Assembly: GCA_039801225.1 (NCBI GenBank)
Contig: JBDRUH010000036.1
Location: 1 to 15,488 of the forward strand
Origin: a candidate division WOR-3 bacterium
GTDB lineage: Bacteria > Hydrothermota > Tepidihabitantia > Tepidihabitantales > Tepidihabitantaceae
Reading direction: 5' to 3'
Length of the DNA stretch: 15,488 nucleotides
The translations under genes were made by a program, and so were the position numbers. Below, piece by piece: positions 1-7,929 of this stretch. Positions within the stretch are counted from its first letter, which is position 1, and each line of letters opens with the position of its first letter. The notes beneath the pieces were generated by a model. That model was not told the DNA's origin, made no database searches, and saw nothing but the letters and a program-made list of their open reading frames with translations.

Positions 1-141
1 TTTGTCGTTCCGCTCTATGCGTTCAGCAGACAGAAACTTGAAGAAAAAGCAAAAGAAGAAAACATCGGACTGGAACAGGCGCTGAACAAAACCATTGAAG
101 AGTTAATTGTTGAACCGCTTAATAACTTATTAGGACTTTAG
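1..141 (+). CDS. 3' end of an unidentified CDS (partial, runs off the window)
   Basis: Frame 1 is open from base 1 to TAG at 139-141: FVVPLYAFSRQKLEEKAKEENIGLEQALNKTIEELIVEPLNNLLGL*. Protein-like helical composition; converges on the next gene. Confidence 0.65.
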   Translation, partial: FVVPLYAFSRQKLEEKAKEENIGLEQALNKTIEELIVEPLNNLLGL

Positions 142-160
142 TCCAACCAGGAGCCATTTC

Positions 161-991
161 TCAGTGCATCTTAATGCCCAGAGAGAAGGAAAGGGCGCTG
201 AACCAGTTTGAGGTGTAGCCGCTGGCATCGGGATTTTCCGGGTTTTTCTGCTGACCTTCGGCACCGCCGCCGAGATAGCGCAGGTTGACAAACCCGTCCA
301 GAAACCGGCTGAACCGGGCACCGAGCCGGACCGAGGCATCAAGGATCGCACCCTTGAAGGAGCTTTCCACATTGGCGGAACCGGTGATCCCTGAACCCTG
401 GGCATAAAAGCCATCTATCTCAGAACCGAGCCAGACCGACCGGTTGAGCGGCAGTTGCAGTCGTGCCTTGAGAATCGGCACCGGTCCCAGGTTCTGATAT
501 ACCCGTTGATTTGCACCATCCAATGAGGCGAAGATAATGCTGGCATTGCGCAGTTGCAGTGAAAGTCCGAATCCCAACTCCTTTTCCGGACTGGACCAGA
601 GGTCGTAGAGCCAGGAGAGACGGTAGAAATCAAAGCCGTAGCGCAGGCTCATCGGTGTACCGGCATTAAAGGTGTCGGTGTCCACAATTAGCCTTTCGGT
701 TAAGGTTGTCACGGTGCGCAAATCCAGCGGTTGATAAAGGGCGATGAGTGTATGGCGGGGTTTGAGGTGCAGTTCAAATGAATACCTTTCAAACGGAAAC
801 AGGATATTCTGCCTGCCATATTTTACATAATCAAAGACTGTGCCGTCAGGTCCGAATTTGATCTTGTGGTTGCGGAATCCGAATGCACCCGCTTCAATTA
901 CCCCCTGCAACTCATAGTTGTGGTTTGGGTCGTTTATCTGGGCTGAGGTGATAAGAAATAAAATTACGAACATCATAATTGTTTTTTTCAT
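161..991 (-). CDS. Exported hypothetical protein, probable outer-membrane beta-barrel
   Basis: ATG at 991 follows AAGGAG by 6 nt, so it is preferred over TTG at 997. Signal peptide MKKTIMMFVILFLITSA. Alternating aromatic/hydrophobic strands (YGFDFYRLSWLYDL, LGFGLSLQL) and a terminal strand ALSFSLGIKMH. Confidence 0.75.
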   Translation of the reverse strand: MKKTIMMFVILFLITSAQINDPNHNYELQGVIEAGAFGFRNHKIKFGPDGTVFDYVKYGRQNILFPFERYSFELHLKPRHTLIALYQPLDLRTVTTLTERLIVDTDTFNAGTPMSLRYGFDFYRLSWLYDLWSSPEKELGFGLSLQLRNASIIFASLDGANQRVYQNLGPVPILKARLQLPLNRSVWLGSEIDGFYAQGSGITGSANVESSFKGAILDASVRLGARFSRFLDGFVNLRYLGGGAEGQQKNPENPDASGYTSNWFSALSFSLGIKMH

Positions 992-1045
992 TTTCAACTC
1001 CTTATGATTTTTGGTGTTACTTAGTTGTCAATTTTGACCACCCTG

Positions 1046-1073
1046 AATATAAAAGGTCAGAGGCAAGTGTCAA
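1046..1073 (-). promoter_or_regulatory. sigma70-like promoter for the beta-barrel gene
   Basis: Minus strand TTGACA (1073-1068), N16, TATATT (1051-1046). Bracketed by the inverted repeat ACCACCCT/AGGGTGGT (1037-1044/1074-1081). Confidence 0.55.
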
Positions 1074-1081
1074 AGGGTGGT

Positions 1082-2134
1082 TTAGAATCGCAGAAGAACC
1101 CCGCCCCAGGTGAGTCCGGCGCCAAAGGCGACCATTATTACCCGGTCGTTGGGCTGAATTCTTCCTTCCCGTCGGGCTTCATCCAGAGCGATGATGGTTG
1201 AGGCAGAGGAGGTATTGGCGTATTTCTGGATATTGACATAGACCCGGTCCATCGGGAATTTCAAAAGTTTCGCCATCGCCTCAATAATTCTTAGATTCGC
1301 TTGATGGGGAATGACAAGTTTAATGTCCTCTGCTCTTAGTCGGGCGTGCTCAATCAGCCTCTTGACCACATCCGCCATTGAACGCACCGCCACTTTGAAT
1401 ATGGCATGGCCGTTCATCTTCAGGTAGTGCAGGCGCTGTTGCACCGATTCTATTGAAGCGGGAATGCGTGAACCGCCTGCCGGCATATACAAATCTGAAC
1501 CGTGGCTTCCATCAGCGGCAAGGTAAGTGGCGATGATTCCCTGACCGCGATTAACCGTTGCCTTGAGCACGGCGGCACCAGCGCCATCAGCAAGAAGTAC
1601 CGCGGTGCTGCGGTCGGTCCAGTCGGTTATTTTGGAAAGGACCTCAACGCCAACAACTAAAACAGTTTTATAGGTGCCGGTGGCGATGAACTGGCGGGCG
1701 GTAGCCAGGGCATAGATAAAGCCGGAACAGCCGGCACTTAAATCCATTGCCGCGGCATTGCGGGCACCCAATTTATCTTGCAGGATACAGGCGGTTGATG
1801 GAAAGGGCATATCACCGGTAACGGTGGCAACAATAATCAGGTCAATCTCTTCCGGTTTGACACCGGCATCAATCAGCGCCCGGCGCGAGGCACGCAGGGC
1901 AAAATCGGATGCGGCTTCATCTGGCGAGGCGATGCGGCGTTCTTTCATACCGGTGCGTTCGGTAATCCATTCATCAGAGGTGTCAAGGATTTTCTCCAGA
2001 TCATCGTTGGTAACTACTCTTTCCGGCACAGCAAAACCGGTGCCGGCGATGACCGCACTATATGAAACCTTTGGTGATGCGGCATCATTCTTTAACTCCA
2101 CCTCAGGCTGGGAAACAGAACTAAAATAATTCAC
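1082..2134 (-). CDS. fabH: 3-oxoacyl-ACP synthase III (FabH); start uncertain (GTG 2134 or GTG 2101)
   Basis: Motifs DTSDEWITERTG, AGCSGF (catalytic Cys), IPHQAN (His), ANTSSAS (Asn) and the C-terminal FGAGLTWG. Confidence 0.95.
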   Translation of the reverse strand: MNYFSSVSQPEVELKNDAASPKVSYSAVIAGTGFAVPERVVTNDDLEKILDTSDEWITERTGMKERRIASPDEAASDFALRASRRALIDAGVKPEEIDLIIVATVTGDMPFPSTACILQDKLGARNAAAMDLSAGCSGFIYALATARQFIATGTYKTVLVVGVEVLSKITDWTDRSTAVLLADGAGAAVLKATVNRGQGIIATYLAADGSHGSDLYMPAGGSRIPASIESVQQRLHYLKMNGHAIFKVAVRSMADVVKRLIEHARLRAEDIKLVIPHQANLRIIEAMAKLLKFPMDRVYVNIQKYANTSSASTIIALDEARREGRIQPNDRVIMVAFGAGLTWGGVLLRF

Positions 2135-2141
2135 AGTGTTA

Positions 2142-2169
2142 ATTTTATCTTAACATCATCAAAAGTCAA
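2142..2169 (-). promoter_or_regulatory. sigma70-like promoter for fabH
   Basis: Minus strand TTGACT (2169-2164), N16, TAAAAT (2147-2142). Confidence 0.6.
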
Positions 2170-2326
2170 CAAAAGGCGATAGGGTAATCCTAAACCGGCG
2201 TCCAAACAATAAACCCTGCCTTTATCCGGTGAAATTTGAGCGGGTTCATATGCTTGCCATCTGCTGGGATTTGAGGGTAGGTGTTTTAAGAAAGAGGTCC
2301 TTTTGGCGGTTTTTAGCATCCAAAAA

Positions 2327-2344
2327 TTCTACCTATAGGTAGAA
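2327..2344. repeat. Perfect 18-bp palindrome TTCTACCTATAGGTAGAA
   Basis: Reads identically on both strands, with no loop. Confidence 0.9.
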
Positions 2345-2381
2345 AAATTTTAGGGTAATTTTAAAGGGTTATTTCCTTAAT

Positions 2382-2394
2382 TTTCAAATGGTTA
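2382..2394 (+). promoter_or_regulatory. IHF-like binding site in an AT-rich segment
   Basis: TTTCAAATGGTTA matches the E. coli IHF consensus WATCAANNNNTTR with one mismatch and has an A/T-rich stretch upstream. Confidence 0.35.
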
Positions 2395-2428
2395 GCAATA
2401 AATTATAAAATTTTAGACCCCAGCCCCT

Positions 2429-2620
2429 ATACTGCTCCCTTAATTATTTTTCATATTGCCTTTCAAGTTACAGGAAAGATACCTTTAAAGGGTGCATAAA
2501 AGGTTATGACGATGAGAGTTTTTCAGGTCACTTTTTGTGTTGCAACAGAGGTCGCATTGCAGGTTGAATAAGGGCTCAGATAAAAGGTCATTTTAAAGTT
2601 TGCCAAGAATGTTATCTTTC
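2429..2620. repeat. Degenerate non-coding tandem array of ~16 x 12-bp units, consensus AGRTYRYNTNNN
   Basis: AGGTY occurs at 2501, 2525, 2549, 2561 and 2585, all in one 12-bp register. Column counts over 16 units: pos1 A 12, pos2 G 10, pos3 R 14, pos4 T 13, pos5 Y 14, pos6 R 15, pos7 Y 14, pos9 T 11. Confidence 0.75.
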
Positions 2621-2706
2621 AATTGGGGGTTAAGAGGAACACAGTTGAAGTTGGGGTTTGGATTGAAGGGTAAAGCCGGCAAGGGTTTTGGTTTCGGGTT
2701 GAGTAA

Positions 2707-3810
<1,104 letters not shown>

Positions 3811-3818
3811 AGAAGGGT

Positions 3819-4997
3819 ATGGCGAAGGTCTCAGTTCGGGAACTGCCGGTTGAAGGCAAACGGGTTTTTGTCCGGGTTGATTTTAATGTTCCTTTAGACG
3901 AGAATGGTAGAATAACTGATGACTTCCGGATAAGGATGGCAATGCCCACGATTCGGCTGCTGTTAGAAAGAAGGGCAACGGTGGTTTTGGGTTCTCATTT
4001 AGGCAAACCTAAAGGCAAGCCCGACCCTAAATTAAGTCTCAAGCCGGTGGCAGAGCGTCTGGAAATCCTTTTAGGAGAAAAGGTATTTTTTGCTCCGGAT
4101 TGTGTCGGTCCTGAAGTGGTAAGGTTTTTAAACGATGTGCCTCGGGGTGCGGTGGTGCTTTTGGAAAATTTACGGTTCCATTCCGGTGAGGAGAAAAACG
4201 AACCGGATTTTGCCAAGGCTTTGGCGACCTTAGTGGATTTATATGTTAACGATGCGTTTAGCGCCGCCCATCGGGCACATTCATCAATTGTCGGAATGAC
4301 GAGGTTTTTTGCTCAGCCGGCAGCGGGTCTTTTGATGGAAAAGGAGTTAAAATACCTTACTAAGGTTACTGAGAGACCGGAAAGACCATTTGTGGTTATA
4401 ATTGGTGGGGCGAAGATTTCCGATAAGGCGGGAGTGATAACAAACTTACTCTCAAAGGTTGACTATCTACTCATCGGTGGTGGCGTGGCGTTTAACTTTA
4501 TCAAGGCAAGGGGTTATTCCATCGGCAAGTCGCTATATGAGCCGGAACTGGCAAAAATGGCAGAGGATTTGCAGGATGAGCCAAAAATTGTTCTACCGGT
4601 TGATGTGGTGGTGGCGCCAGGTGGTGATGGGGATGAAGGGAAAACTGTTAGGAGCGAGGCGATCCCGGATGATATGATGGGTCTGGACATCGGTCCTGAG
4701 ACGGTGAATTTGTTTGGGGAAATAATCGGCAAGGCAAAAACAGTTGTCTGGGCAGGTCCAATGGGCGTTTTTGAGCGCGAGCCTTTTAGTAAAGGGACAA
4801 AGGCGGTTGCCCAAAAAGTTGCCGAGGTGACCCAGAACCAGGGGTTGACTGTTGTTGGTGGTGGTGATACTGCTGCGGCTTTGGCAAAGTTTGGCTATGG
4901 GGAAAAGGTAAGTCATATTTCCACTGGCGGCGGCGCGACATTGGAGTTTCTTAGCGGAAAGGCTTTGCCGGGTGTTAAAGTTTTAGCGGAGGTGTAA
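3819..4997 (+). CDS. pgk: Phosphoglycerate kinase
   Basis: RVDFNVP, SHLGKP, LLENLRF, YVNDAF..AHRAH, GGAKISDK, GLDIGP, GGGDT, ISTGGGA. Confidence 0.97.
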   Translation: MAKVSVRELPVEGKRVFVRVDFNVPLDENGRITDDFRIRMAMPTIRLLLERRATVVLGSHLGKPKGKPDPKLSLKPVAERLEILLGEKVFFAPDCVGPEVVRFLNDVPRGAVVLLENLRFHSGEEKNEPDFAKALATLVDLYVNDAFSAAHRAHSSIVGMTRFFAQPAAGLLMEKELKYLTKVTERPERPFVVIIGGAKISDKAGVITNLLSKVDYLLIGGGVAFNFIKARGYSIGKSLYEPELAKMAEDLQDEPKIVLPVDVVVAPGGDGDEGKTVRSEAIPDDMMGLDIGPETVNLFGEIIGKAKTVVWAGPMGVFEREPFSKGTKAVAQKVAEVTQNQGLTVVGGGDTAAALAKFGYGEKVSHISTGGGATLEFLSGKALPGVKVLAEV

Positions 4998-4999
4998 AA

Positions 5000-5752
5000 A
5001 TGGGTAAAATTTTACCATTGATTGCCGGAAACTGGAAGATGCACAAGGGACCCAAAGAGGCGGGAGGGTTTGCTCAAGAGCTAAAAAAGAGAGTTGCTGG
5101 TTTAACTGGGAGAGAGGTGGTGGTTTTCCCCTCTTTTGTTTCGCTACCGGTAGTTGCCGAGGTTTTAAGAGGGAGTAATATCTCTTATGGTGCCCAGAAT
5201 GTATTCTATGAGCTTAAGGGGGCATTTACTGGTGAGGTCTCGCCAGCATTTTTAGCCGAAATAGGCTGCGGTTATGTGATAATTGGACATTCGGAGCGGC
5301 GCAATTTATTGGGCGAGACGAATGAGATGTGTGCCAAAAAGATTAGGGCGGCGTTAAGTTGTGGTATCAGACCGATACTTTGTTGTGGCGAAACGCTTGA
5401 AGAGCGGAATCGGGGAGAGACTTTTGCAGTAGTGGAACGGCAGCTGGCGGGAAGTCTGAGCGGGGTTGCCGATGAGGCGATATTGGATATTGCCTATGAG
5501 CCGGTGTGGGCGATAGGCACCGGTCATAATGCCACTCCCGAAGAGGCGGGAAGGGTTCACGCCTGGATAAGACAGTGGCTAATGGCGCATCGCCCCAATA
5601 CTGCGGGGGAAATGAGGATAATCTACGGTGGCAGCGTCAATCCGGTCAATATAGACGGATTGATGCAACAGGAGGAAATCAATGGTGTCTTGGTCGGAGG
5701 TGCCAGTCTGGATGTTGACTCATTTGTCCGGATTGTCAATTATCAGGGGTAA
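5000..5752 (+). CDS. tpiA: Triosephosphate isomerase
   Basis: AGNWKM, IGHSERR, AYEPVWAIGTG, YGGSV, LVGGASL. Confidence 0.97.
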   Translation: MGKILPLIAGNWKMHKGPKEAGGFAQELKKRVAGLTGREVVVFPSFVSLPVVAEVLRGSNISYGAQNVFYELKGAFTGEVSPAFLAEIGCGYVIIGHSERRNLLGETNEMCAKKIRAALSCGIRPILCCGETLEERNRGETFAVVERQLAGSLSGVADEAILDIAYEPVWAIGTGHNATPEEAGRVHAWIRQWLMAHRPNTAGEMRIIYGGSVNPVNIDGLMQQEEINGVLVGGASLDVDSFVRIVNYQG

Positions 5753-5772
5753 AAGGAAAAAGCAATCAACTC

Positions 5773-5800
5773 TTGACTTTTTCCTAAAATCTGTTAACCT
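5773..5800 (+). promoter_or_regulatory. sigma70-like promoter for secG-rplU
   Basis: TTGACT (5773-5778), N16, TAACCT (5795-5800) with a TGn extension. RBS AAGGAG precedes ATG 5824. Confidence 0.55.
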
Positions 5801-5823
5801 TTATCTATGTTAAGGAGAAAAAT

Positions 5824-6165
5824 ATGTATGCGGTTTTAATATTCCTTCATCTGCTGGTAGCCATACTCTTGGTGTTGGTGGTTTTGATTCAGCAGCCCCA
5901 GAAAGGAGGGCTGGGGACAATATTTGGTGGCGGCGAGTCAATATTTGGCGGCGGCGGTGCAGCGCCGTTTATGGCAAAGGTTACCTCGGCGCTGGCTATC
6001 GCCTTTATGATCACTTCACTGGGACTGGTGCTTTTGTCGGCTCGCCGGGTAAGGACAACACCCAGCGGTGCCTTCTTATATGAGTCAAAAAGAGTAAATA
6101 TAGTTCAACTGGAGAGGGATAATGTACGCAGTAACGAAAATTGCCGGTTTTCAATACCTGGTTAA
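5824..6165 (+). CDS. secG: Preprotein translocase subunit SecG
   Basis: Two hydrophobic helices flanking VLIQQPQKGGLGTIFGGG..IFG; canonical position after tpiA. Confidence 0.9.
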   Translation: MYAVLIFLHLLVAILLVLVVLIQQPQKGGLGTIFGGGESIFGGGGAAPFMAKVTSALAIAFMITSLGLVLLSARRVRTTPSGAFLYESKRVNIVQLERDNVRSNENCRFSIPG

Positions 6166-6457
6166 GCCGGGAGAGGTTATCACCGTCCCCCGAGTTGCCG
6201 GAGAAGTGGGAAGTTTGGTTCGGTTTGATGATGTCCTTTTTTTGCGCACCGATGATGAGGTGATTATTGGACGACCGACAGTTGCTAATGCCTATGTAAT
6301 GGGGAAGATTGTTGAGCACTTCCGCGGCGAAAAGGTTACGGTATATAAATTTATTCGCCGGGAAAATTATCGGCGCAAGCGCGGTCATCGGCAACTTCTT
6401 ACGCGGCTGGAGATAACCGAAATTGGTTATGGAAAGAATCCTAACTCGGGTAGTTAA
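6122..6457 (+). CDS. rplU: 50S ribosomal protein L21
   Basis: MYAV..IAGFQYLV..G at the N-terminus and KVTVYKF..RENYRRKRGHRQ near the C-terminus; GGAGAGG RBS. Confidence 0.95.
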   Translation: MYAVTKIAGFQYLVKPGEVITVPRVAGEVGSLVRFDDVLFLRTDDEVIIGRPTVANAYVMGKIVEHFRGEKVTVYKFIRRENYRRKRGHRQLLTRLEITEIGYGKNPNSGS

Positions 6458-6558
6458 GGCGTTGTCTTAAGATTCGGCGATGAGTAGCCGAGGAAAAGAA
6501 AATATATTAACAAAGGCAAGAGAAATAAGAACCTTTAAGACATAAGAGAGGAGAGAAA

Positions 6559-6906
6559 ATGAAAGAGATAAAACCAAAGGAAAAAACTCCAGGATTGACT
6601 GCCCTACAGAGAATAGAGAAACTTGGCAAAGCGGTAGCCAATATGACCCAGGCAGAATTGGCCCGGGCGGTAGGGGTCTCGCGGGAACGAATTCGTCAAC
6701 TTGTGCCCCGATTGAAAATTAAACCCGGAAGGCGGATAATCGCTTGGCACCGAACCCTATCCAACTCCCAACTTGAGGCGATTGCGAAAATGTATGAGGA
6801 GGGAACTCCGTTACCCGCCATTGCGAAAAAATACAAAGTGAGCGAGTATCATGTCCGTGAAGCGCTCAAGTTGGTGAGAAGGAAAAAGCGAGCGCAAAGA
6901 AAATAG
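6559..6906 (+). CDS. Small basic protein with two helix-turn-helix motifs
   Basis: GAGGAG RBS. HTH1 TQAELARAVGVSRERIRQL (sigma region 4.2-like). HTH2 LEAIAKMYEEGTPLPAIAKKYKVSEYHVREAL. Confidence 0.8.
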   Translation: MKEIKPKEKTPGLTALQRIEKLGKAVANMTQAELARAVGVSRERIRQLVPRLKIKPGRRIIAWHRTLSNSQLEAIAKMYEEGTPLPAIAKKYKVSEYHVREALKLVRRKKRAQRK

Positions 6907-6940
6907 CGGTTAACCCAAAGCGGCTTCTAGAAGACAAAAA

Positions 6941-7014
6941 TGGGCGATACCCGGATTGAACGGGTGACCTCTGGTATGTGAGACCAGCGCTCTAGCCAGC
7001 TGAGCTAATCGCCC
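6941..7014 (-). tRNA. tRNA-Val(CAC), CCA not encoded
   Basis: Acceptor stem GGGCGAT/ATCGCCC plus discriminator A; D-arm GCTC..GAGC; anticodon arm CTGGT-CTCACAT-ACCAG; T-arm ACCCG-TTCAATC-CGGGT. Confidence 0.96.
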
Positions 7015-7020
7015 TGATAA

Positions 7021-7048
7021 ATAATAGCAAAATTGCCGAGAAAGTCAA
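7021..7048 (-). promoter_or_regulatory. sigma70-like promoter for tRNA-Val
   Basis: Minus strand TTGACT (7048-7043), N16, TATTAT (7026-7021) with a TGn extension. Confidence 0.65.
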
Positions 7049-7890
7049 GAGTTGTCCTTTCTATTACCGAACTATGGTTAATAATAGCGGTGAGTTTTTT
7101 GTTTTTACTTTCTCAATGCCGCGGGACTTATAGATTACTTCCACCAAAGGTTGAGTCATCATTGGAACTTTTGTCCACAATAGTAACCGAGGGAGATGTT
7201 GTTGATATATGTGTGGATGGGGAAAAGGTGTTGTTGCTTGAGGGAAATGGCGCAAGAGTCGTTGTCTTAAATAGCGAATTTGCTATAGCGGAGACGATCC
7301 CATTAGAGAAGAGGCTAGTTTCGGCGCGAGGGATAACTGCGGACCGGTATTATATATATTTATACGACGACAACACCCTTTATCGGCTGGCAAAGGACAA
7401 ACTCAATATGTCAGTTTGGCTCAATAACATATCGGTAGCAGGACTGGCGAGTTATGCCCCAGGAGAAATGCTGGTGAGTGACCGGAGACGACGGATTGTC
7501 TGGTTTAAAACTCTTTTTGGTGAAAGTCGGTCCTTTCTTGAGCCGGTTGAGGTAGGTCAACCAGGGGAAATGGCAGTTTTTCCCGAGGGGATTTTTGCTG
7601 TTTTGGCAGCACCAAATCGTTTATTGAAGGTAAATCGGGCAGGGATTGTAGTTAGTTCCATTTTGGTTCCGGAAGGGGTTGACCTTCTTACTGCGGATAA
7701 AAAGGGAAGGGCTTTGGTTGCCCGGCGGGGTGAGAAGGTAATCTGGTTAGTAGAAGACGGAAGTGCTAAGGGGTTTGAGTTAACCGAGGCGACAGACATC
7801 CGGGCGATTGCAACCTTAGAGGACAAACTGATTGTCTTGGATGGGGCAAATAAAATTTTAATATTTTTCCTTCCCCACAGGAGTTCTTAG
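7033..7890 (+). CDS. Hypothetical exported or lipoprotein, probable beta-propeller (NHL-like); start uncertain
   Basis: Hydrophobic stretch ending LLSQC (weak lipobox). Recurring ~40-aa blades such as RGITADRYYIYLYD, GLASYAPGEMLVSD, AIATLEDKLIVLD. The TTG start lies inside the tRNA promoter. Confidence 0.7.
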   Translation: MPRKSRVVLSITELWLIIAVSFLFLLSQCRGTYRLLPPKVESSLELLSTIVTEGDVVDICVDGEKVLLLEGNGARVVVLNSEFAIAETIPLEKRLVSARGITADRYYIYLYDDNTLYRLAKDKLNMSVWLNNISVAGLASYAPGEMLVSDRRRRIVWFKTLFGESRSFLEPVEVGQPGEMAVFPEGIFAVLAAPNRLLKVNRAGIVVSSILVPEGVDLLTADKKGRALVARRGEKVIWLVEDGSAKGFELTEATDIRAIATLEDKLIVLDGANKILIFFLPHRSS

Positions 7891-7929
7891 AGTTGTTGAT
7901 GGTAAGAATTTAGTGAGTTTAAAGGGTAG

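Noticed and set aside
2172..2223. Hairpin AAAGGC-AGGGT/ACCCT-GCCTTT as an ncRNA or riboswitch
   Set aside because: Bulged 11-bp stem with a 27-nt loop, upstream of the fabH promoter, with no recognisable RNA family motif.
2506..2571. Small ORF MTMRVFQVTFCVATEVALQVE
   Set aside because: Only 21 codons with a weak RBS, covering a third of the array; likely a by-product of the periodic sequence.
2429..2620. CRISPR array
   Set aside because: No identical 23-47-bp repeats with spacers; the period is only 12 bp; no cas genes in the window.
6474..6491. Terminator hairpin TCGGC-N8-GCCGA after rplU
   Set aside because: Only a 5-bp stem, with no U-tract following on either strand.
6460..6941. tRNA-integrated island carrying the HTH gene
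   Set aside because: No integrase, and no convincing duplication of the tRNA 3' end (only a 6-bp GGCGAT match near 6476).
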